A stretch of 47,140 nucleotides of DNA from Candidatus Levyibacteriota bacterium (GTDB lineage Bacteria; Patescibacteriota; Microgenomatia; Levybacterales; UBA12049). Below, piece after piece: positions 1 to 10,292 of the stretch (within the stretch, counting starts at the first letter, position 1; each line of letters opens with the position of its first letter). Where the stretch lies: contig JACROF010000008.1 of assembly GCA_016214555.1 (NCBI GenBank), positions 1-47,140 of the forward strand, written 5' to 3'. The position numbers and the translations under genes were made by a program. The notes under the pieces are model-generated. The model was not told the DNA's origin, made no database searches, and saw only the letters and a list, made by a program, of their open reading frames with translations.

Positions 1-165
<165 letters not shown>

Positions 166-310
166 TTTGACAAAACATATTTCCAGAGAATACGAATATA
201 TGCGAATTTAACCTCGCGATACTCGCGAACAAGATTCGTGTTAATTCGTTTTCTCACTCTCTTCACTTGTTGAGGAGCTCTCATAAGAGCTCTTATCATT
301 AGTAAGTATT

Positions 311-423
311 TGTCGGTGTCCAAAGCGAGATGGTCCCACCTCTTCCCATTCCGAACAGAGTAGTGAAACGTCTTAGCGCTCACGATACTAGGTTTTTCCT
401 GGGATAATAGGTCGATGCCGACG
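311..423 (+). rRNA. rrf: 5S rRNA
   Basis: Conserved 5S core GGTCCCACCTCTTCCCATTCCGAACAGAGTAGTGAAACG. A 9-bp terminal helix pairs 312-320 with 414-422. Lies ~145 nt downstream of the 23S end. Confidence 0.9.
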
Positions 424-456
424 ATTACTTGCTAAGGAACAGCAAGAAACAAATTT

Positions 457-478
457 TCCCCCGTAAGGGGGATTTTTT
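457..478 (+). terminator. Intrinsic terminator after the rRNA operon (possibly bidirectional)
   Basis: TCCCCC-GTAA-GGGGGA hairpin followed by TTTTTT. An A/T run on the other side could also serve the convergent gene 483-1913. Confidence 0.7.
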
Positions 479-482
479 GTGG

Positions 483-1913
483 TTAATTTTTTACAAAAAT
501 ATAGTGGTCTTGGATTTTTTTGTCTTGGCGATAGTTTTTATTAATAAATTCTTGCAGAGCTGTTTGGTAACTCTTGCTCTCTGAGGTGGCAATAACAATC
601 TCCACCTCTTTATTGTTAAGGTCTTGTATCGCTTGGGCTTGGTAGTTCATAAAAAGGCCTGTGTAGTCATAGCGTGTTGGATTTGCTCTACCAAGAAAGA
701 AATAAAACATTGGTGCATAATAGTTGATAAAGATTTTTTTATCTTCCCCATACGCATCGAGTTTGTGTGTAAGATCCGTAATAAGTTTCTCAGTACTACT
801 ATCTGTCCAGATACGAACGTGGGGGTTGGAAACAAAGCTGTTTTGCGTAATAAGAGGAGCATTCCAGCGATAGTACCCGAAAAAGAGCGCTGACCATATG
901 CCTATTATAAAGAGAATCAAGCTGGCAAGAGAGAGGAGATATCTTTGCCATGCTTTCTTTATTTGTAGCAGTAAAGGAAGAATTGCTAATCCATTGAGTC
1001 CAAGAAGGGGAGAGAGGTGGACATAGTCTGTCTCTGGTCTTAGTCCAATTAAGTAGTTTATGAGTACAAATATTCCAAGACAAAATCCTATACTTTGCTT
1101 TTTATTTTTCCAGAGTGTTAATACTGAGAGAAAGAGGGGAGATCCATACAGAAGGAGCTTGCCCATGCCTCCTGGAGACCAGAATTCAAAAGGAGTATGG
1201 AGATTATTTTTAAGAATAATTCTCTCAATTGAGTATACCCACATGTTTGCAATAAAGGATTGAAGCGAATTGGTTGCGAGAAGGTAAAGAAAGAAAATTC
1301 CCATAGACATCACAAATCCTTTTATTATGGGAACAGCAATGTGTTTTTTGTTGGAGCTTATACCAATATCGCATAGGCAAAACAAAAGAAAAGCTGCACC
1401 GAAATTTTGCTTAGTCAAGAACATCAGTGTTATTCCAATGCCTGTAATAAAAAATGACCGCGCGTTGTTCTCCTTTTTTCCCATTAGATAATAAAAAAGT
1501 GAGATGATGGAAATTTCCAAAACAAGTATTCCAGGAGCCATAAAATTAATATGAGATGGCCCCCAGGCTATAAAGAACAAAGCTGGTAAGAATGATAGCA
1601 GTATGTTTTTCGTAAATAATCGCCCTATTTTTATAAGATACAAAATGCTCACAAGAGCGAGTCCTAGATGAAAAAGTCTTTCAACTAAAATGCTTTCCCC
1701 AAAAATTGTAAATCCTAGCGCTGTTAGCCATGCTGTTAATGGTGTATATACAAAGTCAAAATCGCGATAAAGCACTTGATAATTAAGTATGCGCTGAGCA
1801 GTGTTCACGATATACCCCTCATCGGGGAATGAAAGTCCATGAAGACTGGTATAGGTGAGGAAAACAAGCGTAAAAAAAGAAAAAAGACTAAGGGGAAGAG
1901 ATAAAAATTTCAT
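483..1913 (-). CDS. Polytopic membrane glycosyltransferase, GT-C fold (ArnT/PMT, GT39/GT83-like)
   Basis: 476-aa ORF with many hydrophobic spans. First-loop acidic motif FPDEGY is typical of GT-C enzymes. Assigned by pattern recognition only. Confidence 0.6.
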   Translation of the reverse strand: MKFLSLPLSLFSFFTLVFLTYTSLHGLSFPDEGYIVNTAQRILNYQVLYRDFDFVYTPLTAWLTALGFTIFGESILVERLFHLGLALVSILYLIKIGRLFTKNILLSFLPALFFIAWGPSHINFMAPGILVLEISIISLFYYLMGKKENNARSFFITGIGITLMFLTKQNFGAAFLLFCLCDIGISSNKKHIAVPIIKGFVMSMGIFFLYLLATNSLQSFIANMWVYSIERIILKNNLHTPFEFWSPGGMGKLLLYGSPLFLSVLTLWKNKKQSIGFCLGIFVLINYLIGLRPETDYVHLSPLLGLNGLAILPLLLQIKKAWQRYLLSLASLILFIIGIWSALFFGYYRWNAPLITQNSFVSNPHVRIWTDSSTEKLITDLTHKLDAYGEDKKIFINYYAPMFYFFLGRANPTRYDYTGLFMNYQAQAIQDLNNKEVEIVIATSESKSYQTALQEFINKNYRQDKKIQDHYIFVKN

Positions 1914-2027
1914 ACTGCTATTATGCAGAAAATAGTTTTGTCACACAATCTGCCTAGTCTTCTTGCGCTCCTAATACTATAGTGATATACTGTGTCCTAA
2001 TCTTAACTATGAAAGGGACTATGATAC

Positions 2028-3122
2028 ATGGCTTCTTCAGCAAATAAACCTCAATCACCTGGTGCAACATCGATGGCCGAGCTTATGGCTAAATCCTCAG
2101 CAAAACCGATGGTTTCAATCAAAAAAGGTGATCTTATCAATGGGACTATAACCAAACTTACAAGGAAAGAGATATTAGTTGATATTGATGCTAAAAGTCA
2201 GGCGCTTGTTCTTGAGAAAGATCCTCATATGCTCAAGAGTATGATGTCATACCTCTCTGAAGGCCAGGAGGTGGAGGTAAGTATTCTTAGTCCTGAGTCT
2301 GAGACTGGGCAGCCAATCGTTTCGCTTAGGCGTTATATTAATAATCTTATTTGGAAAAAACTTGAGGAAGCAAAGAAGACTCAGGAAAAAATAGTTGTAC
2401 ATATTGATGAAGTAACACGGGGTGGATTCCTTGTTTCAACAAATGAGGGACTTAGCGGTTTTCTTCCCAATTCCCACACAACAGCCTCACAGGGCCCTCT
2501 TGTTGTGGGAAAAGAGATTCAAGTTTCAGTGGCAGATCTCAATAAAGAAGACAATAAAATCATATTTTCACAAAAGACTACAATGTCAGCTGAGGAGTTT
2601 GCTTCGCTTTCATCAGAATTTAAGCCAAAAACAAAAGTAAACGGAGAAATAAGTAGCATAACTAATTTTGGTTATTTCGTACTCCTGCACCCCAAAGGAA
2701 CAGACCATACGATTGATGGACTTATTCACATCTCAGAACTTTCATGGAATAGAGTTGATGATATGGCTGGTATATTTAAGGTTGGAGAGAGTATTGAGGC
2801 ATATGTTATTGGTGCAGATCGTGATTCAAGGCGCATAGATCTTTCAATCAAAAGATTGACTCTTGATCCTTTTGAAAAAATAAAAGAAGATTATCCACTT
2901 GAGAAGCAGACATCATCTACTGTTACGAGAACAGAAGATGGCAATGTATATGTAGACTTAGGTGAGGGAGTGGAAGGGATTATCAAAAAAGAGAAAATCC
3001 CTCCAACAACTATCTACGAAGTAGGCCAGGTTGTCACTGTAACAGTAACTTCACACGACCCAAGACGTCGACGCGTTGAGCTCACCCCAGTGCTTAAGGA
3101 AAAACCCCTGATGTATCGCTAA
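2028..3122 (+). CDS. S1 RNA-binding domain protein (short ribosomal protein S1-like)
   Basis: 364-aa ORF with about four tandem S1/OB-like repeats (e.g. GFLVSTNEGLSGFLP, GLIHISELSW). AAAGGGA lies upstream of the ATG. Confidence 0.75.
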   Translation: MASSANKPQSPGATSMAELMAKSSAKPMVSIKKGDLINGTITKLTRKEILVDIDAKSQALVLEKDPHMLKSMMSYLSEGQEVEVSILSPESETGQPIVSLRRYINNLIWKKLEEAKKTQEKIVVHIDEVTRGGFLVSTNEGLSGFLPNSHTTASQGPLVVGKEIQVSVADLNKEDNKIIFSQKTTMSAEEFASLSSEFKPKTKVNGEISSITNFGYFVLLHPKGTDHTIDGLIHISELSWNRVDDMAGIFKVGESIEAYVIGADRDSRRIDLSIKRLTLDPFEKIKEDYPLEKQTSSTVTRTEDGNVYVDLGEGVEGIIKKEKIPPTTIYEVGQVVTVTVTSHDPRRRRVELTPVLKEKPLMYR

Positions 3123-3123
3123 C

Positions 3124-3196
3124 GGTAGTATTTAGTATATGGTATATAGTATATAGCAGAATTTGCTAAATACAAAATACTTGATACTAAATACCT
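3124..3196. repeat. AT-rich long palindromic intergenic element, copy 1 (likely terminator)
   Basis: TAGTATTTAGTATAT (3126-3140) pairs with ATACTAAATAC (3184-3194). The same 15-mer and arm structure recur at 41625-41705. Confidence 0.6.
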
Positions 3197-3231
3197 GAGT
3201 AAAAAGTTACGAAAAGTATATAATCACCAGT

Positions 3232-4614
3232 ATGGCGAGTAAGAAACTCAAAACATCCTTCGTTTGTCAAGAATGCGGCTATGATGCTCCGGCATATATG
3301 GGCAAGTGTCCAGAGTGTGGCAACTGGAATACATTTAAAGAATTCAGGGAGAGTTCGCAGACTGGAGGCAAAGCTCAGTCTGATTCTGTGGTTGCGGCAA
3401 GTAGTGAGGCTCCAAAAAAACTCTCGGAGGTTGTCTATAAAGAGCAGTCACGAATAAGATCTTCATTTGGTGAATTTGATACAGTGCTTGGGGGAGGTCT
3501 TGTTGCAGGGTCTGCGATTCTTCTAGCAGGGGACCCAGGAGTTGGTAAATCAACACTTCTTTTACAGCTCTGTCTATCTTTGTCTAAAGAGGGAAAAATT
3601 GTGCTCTATATTTCAGGTGAAGAATCAATCGAGCAGATAAAGCTACGGGCAGATAGACTACAAGAGCGAAAAAAAGAGGTAAAAAATAAAGAACAAAAAA
3701 ATGACTCATTACTTTTGATTTCGCTTTCAGATCCTGATATTGCAATATCGCATATTGAGAAAATAAAACCAGATCTTATTGTTGTTGACTCAGTCCAGAC
3801 TATGCAGTCTGCAAATCTTGAAGGCTTGTCTGGATCTGTTGGCCAAGTACGCTATGCAGCACTTCATTTTATTAGAACAGCAAAAGCTCTGAGGATACCG
3901 CTTATTCTTGTTGGGCATGTAACCAAAGAGGGTATGGTAGCAGGGCCAATGGTTCTTTCTCACATGGTTGACACAGTTCTTTTTTTGGAAGGAGAAAAAT
4001 TTACCAACGTTCGTCTTCTTAGATCGCTCAAAAATCGATTTGGTCCCGTCGATGAAGTTGGGGTATTTTTAATGGATGAGTATGGCATGGAAGAGGTTGC
4101 CAACCCAGAGCAAATTTTTCTATCCCGCAAAGTTCAGGATGTGCCAGGTAGCGTTCTTGTGGTGACGATAGAGGGGAGTAGGGCGTTTCTGGTTGAGATC
4201 CAGTCGTTGGCAGTTAGATCAACGCTTCCTATGCCACGTAGGGTCGTTTCGGGAGTTGATCAAAAAAGAGTAGAGCTTCTCCTTGCTGTTTTGCAAAAAC
4301 ATTGCCATCTTCCTGTTGACTCAATGGATATTTTTGTTAATGTTGCAGGAGGTCTTAAGTTATCAGACCCAGGGATTGATTTAGCTATTTGCTTGGCGGT
4401 TTTTTCAAGCGTTAAAAATATTCCTCTTTCCAAAACAGTTGGACTTGCTGAGGTCGGGCTTTTGGGCGAGCTGCGTCATGTATCGTCGCTTGAAAAGAGA
4501 GTGAGGGAGGCAAAAAAGCTCGGGTTTAGTGATATCGTCTCTTCGCAGACTCATCAATTTCTCTTTCAGATTCTTAAAGATCGAGGTTCACAGATGAGCA
4601 CAAAGGAGTTATAA
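3232..4614 (+). CDS. radA: DNA repair protein RadA/Sms
   Basis: N-terminal C4 zinc ribbon (CQECGY...CPECGNW), Walker A GDPGVGKST, KNRFG motif and a Lon-protease-like C-terminal domain. Confidence 0.92.
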   Translation: MASKKLKTSFVCQECGYDAPAYMGKCPECGNWNTFKEFRESSQTGGKAQSDSVVAASSEAPKKLSEVVYKEQSRIRSSFGEFDTVLGGGLVAGSAILLAGDPGVGKSTLLLQLCLSLSKEGKIVLYISGEESIEQIKLRADRLQERKKEVKNKEQKNDSLLLISLSDPDIAISHIEKIKPDLIVVDSVQTMQSANLEGLSGSVGQVRYAALHFIRTAKALRIPLILVGHVTKEGMVAGPMVLSHMVDTVLFLEGEKFTNVRLLRSLKNRFGPVDEVGVFLMDEYGMEEVANPEQIFLSRKVQDVPGSVLVVTIEGSRAFLVEIQSLAVRSTLPMPRRVVSGVDQKRVELLLAVLQKHCHLPVDSMDIFVNVAGGLKLSDPGIDLAICLAVFSSVKNIPLSKTVGLAEVGLLGELRHVSSLEKRVREAKKLGFSDIVSSQTHQFLFQILKDRGSQMSTKEL

Positions 4615-4623
4615 TAGGCCTCT

Positions 4624-5379
4624 ATGCCAACCAAATCGAAAAAAAAAGCCTTAAGAGCGAAGGTAAAACTTCCCGTTAGGTCTCAAGAGCGTGACACAGA
4701 CAATCCCTTCATGCTTCCTCCAAAACTTGTTGGCGCTTTAGCAGATGAAGTTGCAAAAACTCTCGTGACTCGTCTTCCTAATATTCTCCCAAGACCCAGA
4801 GCTCGTTCTCAGAAAAAAAAGAAAGGGAGCAAAATCGAGTACGGTATTTTTCTTGATACATCAGCAATTATTGATGGAAGAATTTTTGATGTTATAGATC
4901 TTGGTCTTCTGAATGGAGTTATTGTCGTCCCACAAAGCATCTTACTTGAGCTTAAACATTTAGCAGATTCTCAGGATATGGTGAAAAGAGAGCGGGGTAG
5001 AAAAGGGCTTAGTCATTTAGATCAGCTCAAAAGGAGTAGGAAAATGAAAATTATTATTCTTGATGAGATAAACCACAAAGGGAAAATTATTACCTGTGAT
5101 TATAACTTAGAGAAAAAAGCAACCATAGATAATGTCCTGGCTATTAATGTAAATGCGTTAGCCAATGCCCTTAAGGTAATTGCAGTTCCTGGGGAGTCTC
5201 TTCATATAAAATTACTTCATCCTGGAAAAGATTTGAGCCAAGGAGTAGGCTACTTGGAAGATGGGACAATGATTGTAGTTGAAGAGGGAAGTGATTTTGT
5301 TGGGAGAACAATTGATGTTGTTGTCTCACGAGTAATCCAAACAGCCACCGGCCGCATCCTCTTTGCCAAGAAGATTTAA
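4624..5379 (+). CDS. PIN/TRAM domain protein (YacL-like)
   Basis: PIN-like core (FLDTSAIIDGR) and a C-terminal TRAM-like barrel (GRTIDVVVSRVIQTATGRILFAK). Sits directly after radA, as yacL does in other bacteria. Confidence 0.7.
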   Translation: MPTKSKKKALRAKVKLPVRSQERDTDNPFMLPPKLVGALADEVAKTLVTRLPNILPRPRARSQKKKKGSKIEYGIFLDTSAIIDGRIFDVIDLGLLNGVIVVPQSILLELKHLADSQDMVKRERGRKGLSHLDQLKRSRKMKIIILDEINHKGKIITCDYNLEKKATIDNVLAINVNALANALKVIAVPGESLHIKLLHPGKDLSQGVGYLEDGTMIVVEEGSDFVGRTIDVVVSRVIQTATGRILFAKKI

Positions 5380-5488
5380 GGCTAATAAAAAACTCTCAGG
5401 CTCTAAAGAGGTGAGAGTTCCGCTCCACGCTTGTCTATCAAGCGAACTCGCAGAGGGTTATATCCTTGGAGAGGTAAGAATTCCTGCC

Positions 5489-5553
5489 CTAAATTCCTAC
5501 CTCATCTAAACATACAACTCTTTCTGCTCCGTTCCTAAATTCCTACCTCATCA
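5489..5553. repeat. Two perfect 19-nt direct repeats (CCTAAATTCCTACCTCATC) separated by 27 nt
   Basis: Copies at 5489-5507 and 5535-5553. An inverted partial copy (GAGGTAAGAATT) lies just upstream. Confidence 0.7.
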
Positions 5554-5635
5554 GAGACTGCGAGCTCAATGGGTAATGATGAAAAAAGTCCGTCTATCAA
5601 GAAAAAATCGATTTTTTAGCCTCAATATATTTTCT

Positions 5636-5664
5636 TGACAAAAAGACACGCTTTCTTTATAAAT
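5636..5664 (+). promoter_or_regulatory. Sigma70-like promoter with no downstream plus-strand ORF
   Basis: TTGACA, 17-nt spacer, TATAAA. Confidence 0.5.
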
Positions 5665-5816
5665 TTGTTTAGGCCGTTAGTTTTGTTCCTGCCTGAAGGA
5701 CTAACGCCTTTACCCTAAGAGCATTGCTTATCGTACTTGAACTCATTAATTCTTACGTAACGAAAGCGATGCTCTTTTTGATGGAAATCTCTTTGTCGAC
5801 TCGAGGGCGCTTACCC

Positions 5817-5969
5817 TAGAGAAGTCCAACAGGGACTGCGAGTCCTTGATCAACTAGCTTTTTAAACTGCTCTCTTCCAAGTCTGATCATCATTTCTCTC
5901 TGATAATCCATAGGTGATTTTCTTTCCAGCTTTTGCGGCAATCCTAAAAATGATCGAATCTTCTTCATA
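5817..5969 (-). CDS. Hypothetical 50-aa protein, possibly leaderless (below the ORF-track size cutoff)
   Basis: Hand translation gives MKKIRSFLGLPQKLERKSPMDYQREMMIRLGREQFKKLVDQGLAVPVGLL. The ATG lies 7 nt downstream of a predicted -10 box. No SD. Confidence 0.35.
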
Positions 5970-5976
5970 AAAACCA

Positions 5977-6005
5977 TACTAGCATAGGTTTTTCACGTTG
6001 TCAAC
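5977..6005 (-). promoter_or_regulatory. Sigma70-like promoter
   Basis: TTGACA, 17-nt spacer, TAGTAT on the minus strand. Confidence 0.5.
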
Positions 6006-6218
6006 CTATAGCAAATAGTATCGTAGTATCTCATAGGCCTAGAGTTTATAACATACAAAATAGCTTGATAAATCAAGCTAAAATTATTTCATAAAAATAT
6101 GTTGATAACTTTAGGATAAGAAAACATGATTAAATTGTTACATTATTAGATTGTTCGTAAGGGAATTAAAAACAAAAGAATTATTCTTTTGGAGAGTTCT
6201 TTATGTAGCTGTTGGGAT

Positions 6219-6922
6219 TTAGTTGTTAAGAGAGGATCTGAGGCGGTTGTTAAGTGGATACAAAAGTGAGTTCCAGGAAATCCCCGTTCCATAGAGAAAG
6301 CGAGCCTTGATCCAAAGCGTAAAGTAATGGAAAATTTTTCTCAGATCGCTCCTTTGTGATAATGTATTTGCTTTTCTGATGTATAGATATTGATTAAGAT
6401 TTGCAAACTTACCATATGGGTGGATTTTGGTTAGGAGAGTGCGATACAGCACTGGGTATTGTTGGGAGGTAAATCTCAAAAGATCTCGAGGAAGAAGATA
6501 TCTGTTGATAACAATACTTTCAAGCTGGAGTGAGTCTGAGGTTAAGAATGTTTTTGAGATTGTTGGATCGTCTGTTGGAAAAGAGCTTTTTTGCTAACTT
6601 GCCTTTTAAGCTTATCAGGGGTTACGATATCGCATGGATTCATAAACGATATGTAGCTTCCTTTTGCCTTTTTAAGAGCTCTGTTTAGCGTAACGGTCAT
6701 CCCGTATTGCTTGACGTTTCTTGAGATAATTAGCCTTTTGTCTTTACGCCTATATTTTCGAAGGATACTATATGATGTATCTTTTGAATTATCATCGATT
6801 GCAATGATTTCAAGAGGTTCATAGGTTTGAGAGAGGAGGCTATCAAGGCATTCTGCTAGCTGCGTTTGATTGTTTCGAATTGGAAGAATTATTGAGACAA
6901 GCTGGTCGATTGGTTGAGTCAT
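6219..6922 (-). pseudogene. Family 2 glycosyltransferase, apparently truncated or split
   Basis: ORF 6542-6922 has the GT2 N-terminus (SIILPIRN...LDSLLSQTY...IIAIDDNSKD) but stops after 126 aa. ORF 6219-6479 continues downstream in another frame. Confidence 0.45.
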
Positions 6923-6999
6923 AACAATGAGGCAGGGAGTATATGTGGAGCAGATTTTTTTGGGCGGATAACAACGATATCATAAAAATAATAAGGCTG

Positions 7000-9900
7000 T
7001 CAAGTTTTTCTCAGTGTTGTTATTAGTACATATCCTCCAAAAATGACAAGGAGTGCGGCTCCTAGATATTGTAAGTATTGAGGGAGATACACAATAACAA
7101 TCGTACCACTTCCTGTAAGTGTCCACCCATTCTCCCAATTATTTATTTTAGTATGGGATGAGATAGGCTTTCCTACAAGAAAAGGCGCTACCAAGGCCAA
7201 TGTTCTTTGAGATGAAGATAGTTCTAGGGGGAGTCTATAAGCTTTCCAGCCTTTGTCGTATGCCTGAGAAAGAACAAGCGTATGCTCACCCTCAGATTGA
7301 TCTTTAACAACATAGAGACTTTCGTTTGGATGCTCCACAGATTGTATGTAAGGGACAGGAGAGTCATTTGGTATGCCGGACTTTACAAAAAGTGAGGATA
7401 TAAAGCTAAGGGGTATTGCCGAGATCGTTGTGTCTTTTATTTCATTCTCAACAGTTTCATTGCCAATTGATGCATTGTCAAAGTGGAAGGAGTACGCAAG
7501 ACCAAATTTTTCTTGAGGAGGAAGCAGGAAGATATCGGTTGTGAAATCTTTGTTGTCAGGAAGATACGTATCAATTGGTGCGTATTGCGCATCTTGGTTG
7601 AGTGCCCAGAAATGAAGACTTTTTCCTCTGAGATTCCTATGAGTTATGCCAATTGCATACCCTTGATTATGAGGGAGTGATCCCATGTAGAATGAGCCAC
7701 ATGAGGTTCCGTTGACAGACATAAAAGTGAGTGTTTCAAAACCCCGAACAAGCTGGGTTGGTCCTGTTCGAAATTGATCGCAATTGGTTTTTTGCTCGAT
7801 AGCATTTCCTTTCATTCTCAATCCCAGGTAGTTATCATTGATAAGCGGAGAAACAACTTTTATGACGTGATCTCCTTTGGAAAGCGTATGTGTGTTACCT
7901 AAGAGAGCGGGCATGTTTCGAAGCTGTGAGGACTGAATGACCGCCTCATCAAGTGCTGCAGATGGAGAGCCAAGCGTTATGATATTGTCTTCTGTTAGGC
8001 TTAAGAAAGTTGTTCCCAGAGTGCCTTCTTTGAGAGGAAAAGAGGTGACGCCGTTGATAGAGATTTTAGCACCGAGATTTTTTTTGGAGGTTGGAATTTG
8101 AAGAATTTCCCTTATTTGTTCTTTGCCTGACAATAGTTTTCCATTGTCCCAAATTTGCGGAGGGTAAAGGGTTGCTGTAAGAACAAGCTCGTTATCCTTT
8201 GTTTGAGCCTCAAAAACAGCTGGGATACTATTTTCCAGTTGAGAATATGTCGGAATAACAAGCGTTGCCTGTCGTGAGAGCGTAATAGTATTTTTTGGTT
8301 CAAGGACAAATTTATCACCACTCATGCTTGCCTTAAATTCTTGCTCGCTCACCGTTTTTTGAGACGAGGTCGATCGGAAAGGATACAAAACTTGAGGATC
8401 TAAAGAGTTTTCATATTTTCCAAAATCTAGATACGCCTTATCACTATTTGACCAAGAATAGCTATTAACGGTTGGAAGTTTTTTTGTTCCAAAAATGTAG
8501 GAATCTGGGTTGTCTAAAAGTGTGACGTGGTAGACTTCAATCTTGCCAAACTGCTCACTCTTTGTGATGGTGGGGATTTCGCGAATCAGCTCTCGGAGTT
8601 GAGGGAGAAAAAGTGCCTTAGGAGAGATGGGATTTTTGACATTTTCATCAATGAGTATCCACGTGATCTGGTATTTTTGTAAAACGTTTTCTAGTGCCTT
8701 TGCGTCTTTTGCATAGAGAGCCTGAGAAAGTTCGTAGTAATAATTTTCATCATAGGAAGACCAGACGTCAAATGCTCGGTCAAGAATTGGCTGTTTGATG
8801 CCATACCAGAGAAAACCTGAGCCACCGTAGTTCCAGTTGTAAAAATTCCAACCCCAGAACGTATGCTGAGGAAAGTTGGCAATTCTTGTGTTTGGATCCT
8901 GCTTCTTAAAAAAATCAAAAAGGTCAAAATATTCTCGAGGGACAACAAGTTGTTGTTTGTTATAGAGCATGTTGCCTTTAAAAACAGGGAAAAGAGTGAT
9001 TCCAAGAAGTATAACTCCTGTCAAAATGCCAAGGAGTGCATGATTTTTGCCACGCTTTTTCAGAAAGGACACAAGTATTTCTATGCCAATGCTAAAAAAG
9101 ATTGCGTAGGAAAGTGCAGTTAAGATCGAGAATTTGGTAAAAGGAAAACGAAACGCCTGGTTGAAGATAGGGAGCGTTTGTCTATAGAGGATATTAATAA
9201 GTGAAAAGGGCGGGGTCGCAACTGCCAGAACGGTTAGGCAAAAAATAAAAAGTCCAATATAGGGATACAGTGAGCGGTCCTTTTTTCTTATCGTCCAGAC
9301 GAGTCCTACAGTAATAACGCCAAAAAGAAGAAGGCCTGAGAGAGCAACGAGCGGATGTTGATAATGATCTCGCCAGGGCTTAAGCATATAGACAAAATTG
9401 CCTTCTCTGTCTGGATCGACATTTTGAAACCAAAATCCTTTCAAAAGCATCGTGTCCATAATCCCTCCGAACTCTTTATTTTGCAGGTAAATTGTCTGGG
9501 TTGCCATCTGATTAATTTTAGAGTTGAGGTTAACGTGAGAGTTGGTAGCTGTAAAATAAAGAAAAGGCAAAAGCCAGAATGCATTGATAACAGTAATTGT
9601 GCCAAAAAGTTTTAGTGCGCCTGTAAGAATTTGCTTTTTTCTGCCAAGAAGATATGTGATGGTAACAATAACGCCAAGAGCAAGCATATAGACGAGAAAA
9701 AGTGTGGGAATATATGCAGCAGGTGAGGAGAGGAGGAGTCCAAGAGATAGAAGCAAAAGTTTTTTTCTTGTTGGATTTTTACAATAGGACAGAGAGAGAA
9801 AAAGCATCCATGGCAAGAATCCGAAATGGGCAATAAAAGCTTCAAAAGGAACAAAAAATGTTTGTACTGTGGCAATGTTAAGAAGGTAAAAAAGTGCCCC

Positions 9901-10290
9901 CATAAAAGGGTACACTCTTTCTTTATTTGCAAAAATAAGATGTCTTAGGAATACATACATACCAAGCGTTCCACTGAGTAACATGAGCATCATCCATAGA
10001 AAGCGAAGGTTCTGAGGGGGAACGAGAACCGAAAGCAGAGCTAAAAATAGCTGTCGTGGTAGATCTGATGCATGTCCCATGCCTCCTAAAAGCCCCAGGC
10101 CTTGGTATTCTTGCCAAACAGCAAAAAGCGACCTTTTGATGTTCATTTCAAAATAAAACTCAGGATGAAGATTGTCCCAGCCAGTTAGCCACGTTTCAGG
10201 CTTGTTATGAATAATACCAATGAGGATGACGATACATGCGAGAATGATTTGCGGCCAGAATGCCTTACCGATATTTGTAAGTTTTTGCAT
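7000..10290 (-). CDS. Giant polytopic membrane protein, putative GT-C glycosyltransferase (DUF3367/AftD-like)
   Basis: 1096-aa ORF. The N-terminal ~450 aa is multi-TM with a WDNLHPE...W.EYQGLG pattern. Large soluble C-terminal region and a terminal TM. Start is 2 nt after the upstream gene's stop. Confidence 0.5.
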   Translation of the reverse strand: MQKLTNIGKAFWPQIILACIVILIGIIHNKPETWLTGWDNLHPEFYFEMNIKRSLFAVWQEYQGLGLLGGMGHASDLPRQLFLALLSVLVPPQNLRFLWMMLMLLSGTLGMYVFLRHLIFANKERVYPFMGALFYLLNIATVQTFFVPFEAFIAHFGFLPWMLFLSLSYCKNPTRKKLLLLSLGLLLSSPAAYIPTLFLVYMLALGVIVTITYLLGRKKQILTGALKLFGTITVINAFWLLPFLYFTATNSHVNLNSKINQMATQTIYLQNKEFGGIMDTMLLKGFWFQNVDPDREGNFVYMLKPWRDHYQHPLVALSGLLLFGVITVGLVWTIRKKDRSLYPYIGLFIFCLTVLAVATPPFSLINILYRQTLPIFNQAFRFPFTKFSILTALSYAIFFSIGIEILVSFLKKRGKNHALLGILTGVILLGITLFPVFKGNMLYNKQQLVVPREYFDLFDFFKKQDPNTRIANFPQHTFWGWNFYNWNYGGSGFLWYGIKQPILDRAFDVWSSYDENYYYELSQALYAKDAKALENVLQKYQITWILIDENVKNPISPKALFLPQLRELIREIPTITKSEQFGKIEVYHVTLLDNPDSYIFGTKKLPTVNSYSWSNSDKAYLDFGKYENSLDPQVLYPFRSTSSQKTVSEQEFKASMSGDKFVLEPKNTITLSRQATLVIPTYSQLENSIPAVFEAQTKDNELVLTATLYPPQIWDNGKLLSGKEQIREILQIPTSKKNLGAKISINGVTSFPLKEGTLGTTFLSLTEDNIITLGSPSAALDEAVIQSSQLRNMPALLGNTHTLSKGDHVIKVVSPLINDNYLGLRMKGNAIEQKTNCDQFRTGPTQLVRGFETLTFMSVNGTSCGSFYMGSLPHNQGYAIGITHRNLRGKSLHFWALNQDAQYAPIDTYLPDNKDFTTDIFLLPPQEKFGLAYSFHFDNASIGNETVENEIKDTTISAIPLSFISSLFVKSGIPNDSPVPYIQSVEHPNESLYVVKDQSEGEHTLVLSQAYDKGWKAYRLPLELSSSQRTLALVAPFLVGKPISSHTKINNWENGWTLTGSGTIVIVYLPQYLQYLGAALLVIFGGYVLITTLRKT

Positions 10291-10292
10291 AG

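Noticed and set aside
5489-5553. Possible CRISPR remnant (19-nt perfect direct repeats with a 27-nt spacer).
   Set aside because: There are only two copies, the repeat is short, there are no cas genes, and the repeat partly belongs to a larger inverted-repeat structure.
5548-5555. Minus-strand CUGAUGAG in the 5.5-kb spacer.
   Set aside because: It is part of the 19-nt direct repeat. There is no helix II hairpin, no GAA + A15.1 segment and no cleavage-site helix.
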